From Psammoneis japonica (Eukaryota): a stretch of DNA of 64,000 nucleotides. The stretch is taken from positions 325,311 through 389,310 of the forward strand of contig QPGO01000034.1 of assembly GCA_008632985.1 (NCBI GenBank). The letters run 5' to 3'. A program made the translations under genes and the position numbers. Under the pieces are notes generated by a model. That model made no database searches. It was not told where the DNA came from and saw nothing but the letters and a program-made list of their open reading frames with translations. Position 1 is the first letter of the stretch, and each line of letters opens with the position of its first letter. This document shows positions 13,271-25,001 of this stretch, piece by piece.

Positions 13271-14713
13271 GCACTCCCTGTCAACATCATGTGTTCATCC
13301 AACAAAACAGCACCCCAACAACACACAAATTTTGCATCCACAGTGCAATTTTGTGCTTGAAGAAGAATCTGCGCATCCCTGTCAAGGAAGAAATGTTCAA
13401 GTGAGCTGTGCTTCTTGTGTGCACACATGTGCACATCTGTGCAGAGAAGAGCATTGAGCTTGTCAACAAAACAGCTTCCCTGGACTTTGGACAAGCTCCA
13501 CCAAAACACAACAACAATGTGCAAAACAGCTTCAAACCTGATTTAAAAATTTTACAATGACAAAGCAATGAGGGCCAATTGTGTGAAAAGAGTTGCTGTC
13601 ATGTGACATGGTGTCCATGAGAAAGATCAACAATTTGGTGATGTTGGCAGGTGTCTTTGGTTGATGTGAGTTGAGCTGAGCAATGACATGGATGAAAGTG
13701 GGCCATTGACGGATCCCAAATGCATGCACCCACTGTGAAGGGGAGTTGCTGTCCTGGTGCAGCAGGTGGCTGCTCCAGTTGTGTGGTGGCGTGGGGTTTC
13801 CGCCCCCCATGTGGATGACCCATCAAACACATGCACACTGTGGTTTGGCATGGTCTGGAGGGGGGGGGGGGCATGTTGGGTGCACTGCACTTTCTTTTTC
13901 ATCTTTAGATTTTGGCAACAGCATGAAGAATTGCAGTCATTGTTTGAAGAGCTGTTGTTGTCACTGTTTTCACCAAATGAGCCCTCATTTGCAGCAGCAG
14001 CAGAAGCAGCGGCCTCATCTCTTTTTTCTGACTTGGCTTTCCTCAGCATCCTCATCTTCGCCATCAACAACATCATTGTCTGGCTCACTCAAATCTTTTG
14101 ACATCATCTTCATGTCCAGATTCATCATCACTGCTTCCAAAGATTTCCTCTTTGCTGGATTTTTGTTTTCATTGTCGTCTGCCTCAGCTCCCCCCCCCCC
14201 CCCCCTTCTCCTTGTCACTCAGTTGTTCAAACAAGCCCACAGGACAACAAGGCACCATGTCATTAGCAACTTGACTGTTGTTGATGAAGCCATCATTGGC
14301 TGGTTTTGTCTTTGGACTGGCGGTTTTAGCGCTTTGACTTTCCTTCTAGAATCTCCAGTCCAGGACGCTCAACTGCTCGGCTTTCTGCATTGTCATTCGG
14401 CAGCCTTTCGTTTGTGCTTCCTCAGCCGCTGTCTGCAGGGCCATAGCGACAGGAGATTAGTGCCTCTCGTTTCTAGCTCTCCGTAGAGACTGTAGAGAGG
14501 GAACGAGCCAGAGAATGAATCTTCCTGTTGACTTCAGCTCTCTACTGTACGCAGGCATGGCAAGGGAAAAACACAGCACTTCTAGTTACCAGGTAAGTAA
14601 AATGGCTCTAGACTTGGCGTTATGCATCTAAAACTTATGATTATTCGAGGGTGAGAAATGGATAAAATGGAAGCAAAAAAAAATTGTACATTCGAAGCCG
14701 AGCTCGATTCTAT

Positions 14714-15409
14714 TCAGAACTCTTCCCACGTCAATCGCTTGCGACAGCTCGGACAGTTTCGATCTTGTTCAATCCACTGATAGAGGCAAGGTAGATGGAA
14801 GTACGTTCTGTTTTCTCCACATCCACATAGCGTCGGCATTCTAGGGTTTGTTTCATCAAAATTTTCCATGCAAATAACACATTCATCTCCTTGCTCTTCC
14901 AAAGTCGACGAAGCGGAGTGGGCCATTCGTTTCTGTAAATCAGATCCGGGCAGCACAATCTCTTCGGTGGCAATAGTCGGCACACCAAGACCTGACTCTT
15001 CAAACTTGGATGCCGTTCGCAAAGAATAGCCAGGTCCCTCGACAGCGGTTTCAACATCTAGTCCTACAGAAGCCCCACGCGTATCGACGGACTCGTACTC
15101 GGAATTTCCCGAGATAAGTTTATTCCAAAGCCTGCGCAGGAAGCCAGATACCTCCTGTTTGTTCTCATTCCTGATACAGTCTGCCCCCTGTTCAACATCT
15201 TCGTCTAACTCTTGATCTGATGTAGCTACAGCTATTCTAGACGACCGAAACATTCGCTGCGCACCTGGTTCTGGCGCTCGGGGCGGATTGTACGACACGA
15301 CTGCACCCGCCTCAGCCTCCTGGTCGTCTGGCGAGTCTTCCAAGCAGCTTCGACGCAAACATAGAAATGCTGTACCCATGAAAGAGTTTTTGATGCTTTC
15401 GGTGCACAT
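14714..15409 (-). CDS. RING-finger E3 ubiquitin ligase
   Basis: C-terminal CVICMENFDETNPRMPTLCGCGENRTYFHLPCLYQWIEQDRNCPSCR. The true start may be MGTAFLC (about 15379). Confidence 0.85.
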   Translation of the reverse strand: MCTESIKNSFMGTAFLCLRRSCLEDSPDDQEAEAGAVVSYNPPRAPEPGAQRMFRSSRIAVATSDQELDEDVEQGADCIRNENKQEVSGFLRRLWNKLISGNSEYESVDTRGASVGLDVETAVEGPGYSLRTASKFEESGLGVPTIATEEIVLPGSDLQKRMAHSASSTLEEQGDECVICMENFDETNPRMPTLCGCGENRTYFHLPCLYQWIEQDRNCPSCRKRLTWEEF

Positions 15410-15639
15410 GCTTCAAAAAACAACACCGACAAATAAGAGCGCTCAACGCAACAACGCACTGTTCATGTTCAATGTTCGATTCGGCACTCGAAAGAAACGC
15501 GGGGCTAGCTACGGCGCTGGGGAACCACTTATCGTCATTCTTGCGTCAGCATGACATCATACTTATTACGGATTACGGTGAGTGCTCCCGCGTCCGTCAG
15601 CCCCCCGTCTCAAACCCGTTTCAAGTAAGGCCCTACGGT

Positions 15640-16050
15640 ACCGTGAGTACATGCGTAGGGCTACATAGACTACCTAACTCTCACGAACGAGAGAGTAGCT
15701 CTAGCTCTAGATGCCCTACTCTCTCTGCTCTACTCTCTCTATGATAGAGAGTAGAGGGCTAGAGTAGAGGGCCTACCGATACCGTACTCACTGTACCGTA
15801 CAAACAGGCCTCTCAGCCAGCTCTCTCTTCTACTCTAGAGTAGAGCCTAGAGTAGTAGCTAGAGAGGAAGAGTACAGTATTCTAGAGAGTTTTCTATCAA
15901 ACTAGGGCCTTATGGTACCGTCCAACTTATAGAGCAGCCTACACATAGAGAGAGAGAGTGTGTTAGCGTCAACTTTGCTATTGTGCCTCGCCAGATCTCT
16001 ACCGTAAACCATAGCATGGAAAAAGATTACCGGTAGCCCATAGAGCTACT
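15640..16050. repeat. TAG/CTA/AG-rich intergenic tract with imperfect inverted repeats
   Basis: gagagtagctctagctctag...ctactctctctatgatagagagtag...tactctagagtagagcctagagtagtagctagag. Confidence 0.75.
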
Positions 16051-16341
16051 TTTGTCTTCGTTAGTTATTGTTGTCGGCCGACGAGTGCTAGAGCCGGCAT
16101 TGTTTCAATTTGTGGTTCCTTTTGCCTATTAAGCTCTTCGTTACGTTCTAGATTGTACTTCTTTCAATCTCGATAGACCAACCATCAAGTACCGCACTGC
16201 CCGTACCATTCTCTAGAGAAATAGCTACTCGTACGCAAGTGTAGGCAAGAAACAACGAGTCTTAAAAACCTAAGTGACAAAATTCAGCAGACACTGTATT
16301 TATTCCAAATCTTTCTCTGTGGTGTAAGGAGCAAGCAGCTG

Positions 16342-18819
16342 CTACCAGGCCACCCAGTCCTCATCCTTCTTCACAGCCTTTGGTCTCGAGCTCCTTTTAC
16401 TCTCCTTCTGCTTCTTCATAAGCTGAAAATACTTCGCAATTTGCTGCGACTGTTCATCCTGCGTTTTCTTCGATTGTTGCCCGATCGATAGATTCCTTAT
16501 AGCTTGAGACTGAAGTAAAGCTGTTCTTGAATTGTTCACTCGCTGTAACACTTGTAGATCAGCATGCATCTCCCGGAGGACCAAATCCATCTCGGTGGCG
16601 TCATCGTTCGTTTCTTTGCCCTCATCGATGGATGACTCTTCCTCGATAAACTGAGAATTAGGTGGTGGTAGGAAAGGAGTGTCGAGAAGTCCAATGGAGC
16701 GAAGCTGTATGTAGGCACGCTCATCTACACTCAACTCCGAGAAATCGAAAACCGCGTCTTGTGGGGTATCAGTATCTTTACCCAAAGTTTGCGAACCTTG
16801 CGTTTCAGTGTCTGGCAAGACACTTCCGCGTCTGTTCCACGCCTCTGCGTACTCATCGTCGCTATCATCCATCTCATCATCGGAACCAACGTCAACCAAA
16901 AGCGCTTGCAAACGATCAAACAATGGTTTATCGGATAACTTCGGTGACGCTTCCATCGTCTCCGTATCCAGCTTGTCATGTTCTTGGTGCATTACGCGTA
17001 AAGGAAGAATGTCATGTCTATGAAAGCTCCGGTTCTTTGACTCTGGTTGCCACACACTATGAAGTATCTCTTTTATGTCGTCCTCCGTGTAGCTAGCAAA
17101 GTATGAAGACTTGCTTACCCATTCCCAAAGCGTCGCTGTGTTGACAACATGGGTCTCATCCTCGGCGATTTTCTGTAGCTCGTTGTCCTGGCGAAGAAGA
17201 GAAACTTCCCGGGCTTGTACCATCTCGCTATATTTCTTTTCAATATTGATCGCCTGAACTGATACAACGTCTGCAATCTGATGTCGACGCTGCGATGGAT
17301 TCAATTTGAAGTACGACTGTACAACGTCAACAGTTGGAACACTATCACCCTGCTTGTCGGATTGCAAATCGGCAGAAGATGACGATACCTTCCGTTTCCT
17401 GGATGCCGTCTTCTTGCTTACTTCGAGTTTTGGGCTTGTGCCAACGCCTGCTGTGGGACGTGATGTGTTTCCAGGAATCCGAGCAACAGTCATTTTGGCC
17501 TCCTTGAAGCCTTTGCATTTTATCTTTATCCTCAAGACCTTACCTCCACATCCAGATAGATTCTTGCCCAGAACAAGAGTACCCGAGAATGATTCCACAA
17601 GGGCACTTCGTTTCTTTCTAGCCAATTCAGCCGGCGATCCAAACACTTCTGCATGGTCTTCGACACTGAAGTTGTTGCGGCACCATCTTTCCATGTTTTC
17701 GACACTTTGGCCGACAAAATCATGTTGCCGCTTTAGCAGAGCACATATGGATCTCAGATCACTGATCAGCTTGGACCTGTCGATTTGTGACATAGCATTC
17801 CGCGCGGATGCAATCGCTGCGGCCAGTGACGCTCGACGTAGCATTTGGGCGGAATTGGGATCAGACGCACCGGGATGTTGATGGTCGTATTCAGGAAGAA
17901 TGAGCTTGAAAAGTGCTTCGTTCTCCGTTTCAGAGCTAGCGAGAGGTGTGGCTTGATTGGTATTGACTTGGCTACTTAGAGCCGTGCTAATTTTGTCAAA
18001 ACATGGATATAGGCGATGGCATTTCTTAGGAAGGGACGGTTCGGGGGGGAGTGAAGGCATGAAAGGGAAGAAGAGCGTCGACGAGGACGAAATGCCACAA
18101 AAAGTACTCTCTTGACCTGCATCGCTTGCAGATTTTTGTATCTGGTTTGCAACAGCCCCAGCGTAATTTCCCTTAACGCGGACCGGCGATGCTGCTGTTG
18201 TTCGCGATGTTGATGTTGACTTTGTCTTCGCCCCTTTCTGGGTTGTTCCGTAGCTACCTCGTTTCTGAGCACGGCCACCAAATTGCCCAGCAGCAGCAAC
18301 CATTCCGAGCCCCCCAGATGAAGCCCGTGCCATTGGCGGCGGCATAATCTTAGAAGTCTTGGTTCTTGACTTGGATTTGCTAGAGGTGGTGGACGAAGCG
18401 GGCGAAGGTGCTTCCTCTTTCCGTTTGGATTTACTTTTCGACTTTTTACTGGTTGTTTTTCGTCGCCTCTTCTTGGTCGGCGAAACATCATCACTGCTCT
18501 CATCCTCAAGTAGGGGTGGTGGGGTCTTCGTCTTGCGTTTGGTTTTCCGACGGCTCGTGGGCGTTGGAGCGGGAACGCCGACCTCAGGTGCGCCCAGAAG
18601 GTCGAATGGCATAGCATCCAGGTTCTCAGTTATTACTGTACCCTTCTTATTTTCATCCATCGCACCGGGGAGCTCTCCCATGCCGTCCAAGTCAATATCG
18701 AGACCATCGAAAAGGGAGTCGTCGCCGCCTTCGAACATGTCATCGAGGTTGAGGTCGTCCAAAGCATCGACACTCGGCGCAGGAGCCGGCGGCACAGCCT
18801 TTCGACTCGTTCTCGCCAT
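16342..18819 (-). CDS. 825-aa probable nuclear protein with a C-terminal Ada3-like motif
   Basis: Uninterrupted 825-codon ORF with basic NLS-like runs. LSVDERAYIQLRSIGLL...EMDLVLREMHADL....NNSR recalls the Ada3/NGG1 C-terminus (from memory). Confidence 0.7.
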   Translation of the reverse strand: MARTSRKAVPPAPAPSVDALDDLNLDDMFEGGDDSLFDGLDIDLDGMGELPGAMDENKKGTVITENLDAMPFDLLGAPEVGVPAPTPTSRRKTKRKTKTPPPLLEDESSDDVSPTKKRRRKTTSKKSKSKSKRKEEAPSPASSTTSSKSKSRTKTSKIMPPPMARASSGGLGMVAAAGQFGGRAQKRGSYGTTQKGAKTKSTSTSRTTAASPVRVKGNYAGAVANQIQKSASDAGQESTFCGISSSSTLFFPFMPSLPPEPSLPKKCHRLYPCFDKISTALSSQVNTNQATPLASSETENEALFKLILPEYDHQHPGASDPNSAQMLRRASLAAAIASARNAMSQIDRSKLISDLRSICALLKRQHDFVGQSVENMERWCRNNFSVEDHAEVFGSPAELARKKRSALVESFSGTLVLGKNLSGCGGKVLRIKIKCKGFKEAKMTVARIPGNTSRPTAGVGTSPKLEVSKKTASRKRKVSSSSADLQSDKQGDSVPTVDVVQSYFKLNPSQRRHQIADVVSVQAINIEKKYSEMVQAREVSLLRQDNELQKIAEDETHVVNTATLWEWVSKSSYFASYTEDDIKEILHSVWQPESKNRSFHRHDILPLRVMHQEHDKLDTETMEASPKLSDKPLFDRLQALLVDVGSDDEMDDSDDEYAEAWNRRGSVLPDTETQGSQTLGKDTDTPQDAVFDFSELSVDERAYIQLRSIGLLDTPFLPPPNSQFIEEESSIDEGKETNDDATEMDLVLREMHADLQVLQRVNNSRTALLQSQAIRNLSIGQQSKKTQDEQSQQIAKYFQLMKKQKESKRSSRPKAVKKDEDWVAW

Positions 18820-19290
18820 AGCGATTTAAAAAAAACCTCAAGTCCGAGGTAACACAAAGACGTTTTTAACCTTCGTGTCGGAGCGCCTTGTACCGGTATT
18901 CAGCACGAAGCACACCGATACCATTGCCCTACTGGAACGTCACACTCTTGAAGGTAAGACCTACGACCTACCGGTTTGTTTTTGTGGTTCATGCTTCATG
19001 CCTTTCGCTGGAAGAAATCATTGAAATATATTCATATCCGAATATGCATTTATATTCTGAGTAGCATACCTTGTGTACTGTTAGAGAGCCGCAAGGGAAT
19101 ACACCGAAGTGCGGGTCGAAGTCACCCTACCGGTATTCGCTTGTACATGTTGAAAGAAGAAACATCTATTTTACTCTGGCACCAAGGCATAGAGTGCTTT
19201 GTGACATATCACAATGAAAAGAGATTCACGAAACTGCGTCCGCTAAAGAAACATGGGATCCCACCCATTGCTAGCTATCCTACGCTTTTT

Positions 19291-22200
19291 TTAGCCGAAT
19301 CCGCGGCTGCCATTAGCCGCGCCAGGGGATACACCACCAAGAGAGTTGCCCCCAATGCCCATAAGGCTGATCGCCTCGATGTCAACATCCTGCGACGATG
19401 TGCTCTGAAACAAGTTGACATTCAAGTTGTTCAGCATTCCTGACATGACGTCAATGTCATTCTGCTCTTCGTCGCCATCGTCGATCAACTCGAACAATCG
19501 ACCGCGACGCCCAGCTCTACGAGAATCACCTGAGTAGCTGCTCGAAATAGAAGTCCCTCCGATGGCTCCGAACTCCGAGGGATTGGAGTCCTGAGATGGC
19601 GAATGCGAACCAACCGCTTCCTGGATCGCGACAGGACCCATGTTCAACGGATCGTTTGTAATGGCAGCGCCATTTGTGTACATGACAGGGATGTCCTGCG
19701 GTAGAGCGTTCTGATCATCACCGTTCAATGTCATCGAACGGACAATGTTGAGGATAGCCTCGTTGGACACAGCAAATCGCACATTACCGGCTTCATTCTG
19801 CAGGAGAGTGAAAAGACTTCCGGTGGCACAAACCTCCGGAAGACCTTCGCCATCGCCGTGTTGATAGGCATGTCGTCCGGCAGGGAGCACTTCAGCATAT
19901 CGAATAAGAGCGCTGGAGCGATCGCCAAGACGGCTATCAAGCAACGAAAGATCGTTCACACTAAGTTGCCGATTCATGTCACGAAAGCAGTCCATAGGAA
20001 GGAACACCGCAAATGACAAAGGGGTTCCTTCTTTCTCAGTCATCTCAAGAATGTCCACGATTCGTTGTACGTAGCGAGAAGCAACGAGCGCATCAAGCGG
20101 AAGAAGGGCGGAGATAGAGCCACCGGCCTTCATCAGAGTTGTTTCTCCTCCGCCCTCGTCTTTTCCGAACGGCAATAGACCTCCAAACATGGCATCAACA
20201 TCGGAAAAGATGCCACAAAAGGCATTCGAGCCGTAACAAGAAAACGGATCGGCCCAAAGCTCGACAGACACGAATGCGTCTCGCGCCAAGCTTGACTGAG
20301 TGTTCGGCGACAAACGAAAGTCCATCGGGGTTCCAGCAACAATCATTCTCAGCACATCATACGTCTTCTTGGCAGAGAACAGAGCAGTCAACAGCCTGGA
20401 TGGGGGACCCGCATAGCGATCCCTTAGCTTACTGAAAGTGGTGGCGGGGATGAAAACTTGGGCACGGTTTGCCCAGTCGACAACAATCATCGACCCACCT
20501 CCATTTGTCATCACCCCAGAAGCTGTGACGGGAACACCGGGATCAGCCCAATCTTGAGGAATTTGCGACTCAAGTTTCCCGCGAAACTGTACGAGGTCCT
20601 TAGCGAGGTTGTGACAGAGCGTCGCCATTGCCGTACCAGCTTCCTTGAGAGCTTCCATGCTGACCATCCCAGTACCACCCGATGGATTCATACCCTTACG
20701 ATTCTCCGAAATGAACTGTCGCTGAAAGAAAGCAGATAGCTCTTCGAGATCAGTCCAGCTGGGTATGATGTGATCCAAGCTAGATACCCTTTCATGAGTA
20801 GCACGTACGATCCATCGATAGACGACGGCTTTTGCTGTGCTTTCATCGACAACATTCAGCGGGTTTGTTCCTCTGGATGGAGAAAGGTCGACTGAAATTC
20901 TCTTAAAAAGCTCTGACAGCTTTTCTTCGCGATAAAGAGCGACGGCGGGATGTTCAATTCCGGGAAGCGGGTACGGGGTACGCACGTTGTTCAACATTCC
21001 TTCTGGTACCCCCGAATCAGCGTACGAATCATCCGCAGCGGGAGACTGGCGAACCATGGCAACTGGCGAGGTAGATAATCCTGATGGTGACTCAGTACTG
21101 ACTGGAGCGGCTTGTGAATCAAAATCGAGGAAATCCACAACACCTGTCGCCATACTTTGAAGATCGTCCTCCACAGAGACAGCCGGTTGAGGCTTTGCCG
21201 CGAAAGATCCCATAGAAGCACTTGCCATCTTTGGTGTCGGAGTCAAAGGAGCCTGCGGTGCAGATTTCAATGTTGCTGGCTTGTCCACTGAAGCCTTTTT
21301 TTCCGTTCTCAAAGCAGGGACACTTGGTGGGGGTTTCGTTTCCCATCCGCGTTTCGACTGCTTCACCGGCTTCGGTGACGTGGTTTTCGCAGTCTTCGCG
21401 ACGTTCCTTTTTCCGTCTCCGCTTTGCGGCGCGTCTGGTGCACCCTTTTTTCCACCCCTAGTTTTCGGAGCTCCCTTATTCCGCTTGTCAGCCTTTGGTG
21501 AGAATCCTACAGGGCTAACCTGCTTAGAAGACGCCTCCGCCTTCTTTTTCTCCAGTTTCCTACGCTCTTCCAGTTCTTTCTGCCGAGCAGCCATTTCCTT
21601 CATCTCTCGTGCTCTCTGTTCCCTTGCCTTCTGTTCACGTTCCTTGCGCTCCTGTTCCTCCTTCAACTTCCGTTGCTGCTCGCGCTCCTTCGCTGCTTTC
21701 TCCTCTCTTTCTTGTCGCTCACGCTCTTCCTTCATCTTCTGCTGGCGTTCGCGTTCACGCTTCTTCTTCTTTCTTGCACGTTTTGAATCCGCTGCTGCTT
21801 GCTCTTTCTGGGCCTTAGCATCCTCCTGTTCGAGTTCCAACAACAAAGCTTCCTCAGCAGCACGAGCTTGCTCTTCAGCGGATACTCTACTCGATTTCTT
21901 GCTTTTCTTCTTTTTCTTTCGAGACGACGGAGTACCTGCAGATTGGGGACTTCCATTCTCATGTAGTGCGGACCTTGACTCGTCTGATTCGTCTTGATCT
22001 GTCTCATCATCAGAGCTGAGTCCCAACAGACCTTCCTTTTGTTGTTTCTTCAATTGCAAGTTGATCAGCAAACGCGCTCGCTGTACCTTCTTTCGATCCC
22101 GTGAGCAGCGAGGGATGCTCGCCTTGTATTCCGTTACCATATCCACTGCTGTATCAATGAAGTTCTGTTCCACCAAGATAGATAAGGCGGTATCACCTTT

Positions 22201-24114
22201 CTTAGTAGTGACTGTGTGATCAGCACCATGACGAAGGAGTAACTCAACTGTGTCAGGAAGCCCCTTGGTAGCGGCCTGTAGCAAAGCGCTAAGAGTCGGA
22301 TCGGCCTCCTCCGTAGGCGCCCCCTCCTCAAGCAAGAGGCGAACTACATCGTCGTGTCCCTTGTATGCCGCGATGCTTAGAGGAGACCAGCCTGTGTCAG
22401 TACACTTACAAGGATCTGCTCCGGCTTTGAGCAGTGCTTCTACAGCATCGGCTTGCCCGTGATTGGCTGCCGTCAACAACGGTGTTTCCCTCCATTTGTT
22501 CAGTGCATGTACATCGGCGCCGCCCTCCAAGAGCTGCTTCACAGCAGAAAGATGGCCTTTTTTCCCGCCTGCACACGCTTTGTGCAGAGGCGTACTCAAG
22601 TCCTCGGTGACCCTGCAGTTCACAGGAGCCTTGTCTTTCAGTAGCATTGTAACGATTTCGTCGTAGCCCTAGAGTTAAAGTCGTACAGTAAACAAGAAGC
22701 AAAATTAGGAGACGTGCAAAGAAGCAGTCGGGATGGAGCCCGACATTTTACTCACCTTATGCGCAGCAAAAGTCAAAGCACTCCAACCTGCCTCGCTGCA
22801 ACGAGCTGGATCGGCCCCGTGCTTGAGCAGCACCTTTACTGCAGTTTTATGCCCATTGTTAGCAGCGATGAGAAGAGGAGTTTCTTTCCATTTGTTACAT
22901 GCGTTTCCATCTGCGCCTCGCTCCAAAAGTAAGTGCAACACCTCTAAAGAGCCGGTTATTGCGTTCGATGAACACGCCGTATGAAGCGGGGTGTAGAGGT
23001 CATCTTTGAACTTGCAGTTGACGCCCGCCCCCTGCGCAAGACACATCTTGACGGCATCTGCTTTGCCTTCTTCCACAGCACATTTGAGGTACAGTTCTGC
23101 ATCTTCAGGGTCAATGTTCACAGACGACGATTTGACGGTTACTGATGCCCGTACCGTTAGCGAGTCGTTCGAAATGAAACCATCCTGTTGAATTCGGTCG
23201 GACGTTATGAATTGCGACCAGCCCCAATCGATAGCCTTGGGACAGAGTTTGAATGTCTTGTCTGGATTTCTCTTGGCGTATCCCATGGTTGATCCTTTGG
23301 GGTGCTCCAGCGTGAGCACGTAGCTTACTGCTTTCTTCCAGCCAAAAGGTAAATCATCAGCATCCGCTACCTATGAGGAGAGAATAATCGTTGAGGAATG
23401 ACTAGGAGCGATGAAATTAGCGAGCAGAAGACGATACGAGACGAATGCCAAGCGTACCTGCAGGAACAAGCTCAGGTGATGATTACTAGCACGACCATTC
23501 CCATTGACGTAGACAATCAGCCGCCAACGATTTCCACAATCATCCACGGTTGTTTCTGAGTACTCCGCCTTTTTACACCCCGACTCCCTTTTCTGAGAGT
23601 AATTTTTGATTATATGAGTAAACTCGCATGTCGACTGTTTTGTTTGAGGACTCCATGATGAAGACGGCACCTGTGATTCTGCTGCTTCGTCTGGCGGTAG
23701 CGCATGATCTGATCCGCCAAGGTCGTCAACGCTGTCTATGGCTGCAGCCGCCCTTGAGGCTGGCTCGTTGGAGTTGCTTCCAATAACTTGTGATGCTCCG
23801 TCCAATGGTTTTGTCCCGTCAGGTGGCTTTTTGTTTCTGTTGTGTGACGAATCGTCGTCTATATCGCTGCCGTCGTCGTCGTCATCATCATGGTATTCAG
23901 AAGAAGCAGTAGCACCTGAGGCTGATAGTGATGAGCGAGGGCTTTCACGTTGTTCGCTTTCTCCATCATCTAGCTGTGACTGCTGGTTGCCCTGACTGTG
24001 GTTTTGCTTTTGCTCGTCATCTCCTAAAGCCCCCGATGCTGCGTTTGCCTCTACTGTGTCATTGTTTTCCTCGTTGGAAGGCTGAGAATCAGGGTTCGCC
24101 GGACGCCACCGCAT
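19291..24114 (-). CDS. MATH domain + ankyrin repeats + coiled coil + C-terminal PCIF1/CAPAM-like methyltransferase-fold protein (3 exons)
   Basis: Exons 24114-23458, 23370-22756, 22668-19291 with GT..AG introns. MATH: FTHIIKNYS, GNRWRLIVYVNG, HLSLFLQ, DWGWSQFI, FISNDSLTV. Multiple TPLH/TPLL ankyrin repeats. PCIF1-like motifs at about 19780-20960. Confidence 0.9.
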
Positions 24115-25001
24115 TTTGTTCGCGATCAACGTCCTTGTATTTCTATAAATTATTCTCTGTCCACCACAGCAACGCAAGATTCTGTTAGCGTTATATTGAA
24201 CGGTGCTGGTGAAACAAACACGCAACAAATAACCAGCACAAGCGCCAAGCAAAGGCAGAATATGACCAGAGACGAACTCCCACTCCCAACCCGCGACGTA
24301 GGCCAGTACTGAGTTTCTACGGAGCACCTCCGCGTGAGCAAGTCGAAAAGGCCTCCGCGAAACAGCGCCTCTTGCTCCTCCAACAACACGAAAACCGAGA
24401 TTGAAATCACACACTACGACGTGACAGTACCCTAAGAAGCTCTAGCGCGAAAATCAAGCTAAAGTAACAGAAGAAAGCGACCGAAAAACGATCCCCATTG
24501 TCCTTACATTCCAGCGGAAAAAGAAACTCACGTGCTTTTTATCGAGACGCGGTGAGGTGGCGTTGGTAGGAATGTACGTGAAGTGACCGTATGTAGAATA
24601 TGTAAGTGAAAGAGGCACTTTACGTAGAGGTCCGTACTCACGTACGTACATGAGAAGCATGAAGTGACAAGCGATGACTTATCGGACGCAAGGACAGGCC
24701 AAATAACGTAAGGCTCATAACCCACTAAATTCTTAGTCCGTTGAATCCTTTCGTGTCACGCAGTCACATTTGGTGTTCGCGTTCGTAGATTTCTACATGG
24801 GGTTGTATTGGAATAATAACGGAAACCGGTAAAGGCACAAAGCACGGACATCGTGCTGGCACAAAACGTGCCCGAGGTCCCTCTGTGGTGACGAGGACGA
24901 AGGAAACGACAAAGACCATCGGCAACTAGCCACGCTACCTATTCTGCTACTAGCTATCGGCGTTATAGTCTCTTTCTTTGTGCACGTCCCAAGCCGCGAC
25001 G

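Larger units (their letters stand above)
8880..14320. mobile_element. Degenerate transposon block 1, depleted of TpA and CpG
   Basis: Near absence of TA and CG, excess TG/CA, many Tyr-free Cys/His-rich overlapping ORFs; contains a LINE fragment. Confidence 0.75.

Noticed and set aside
19780..20960. The PCIF1-like domain as the enzyme behind the TpA changes
   Set aside because: The catalytic motif appears lost, the family acts on RNA caps, and proximity in a eukaryotic genome is not evidence.
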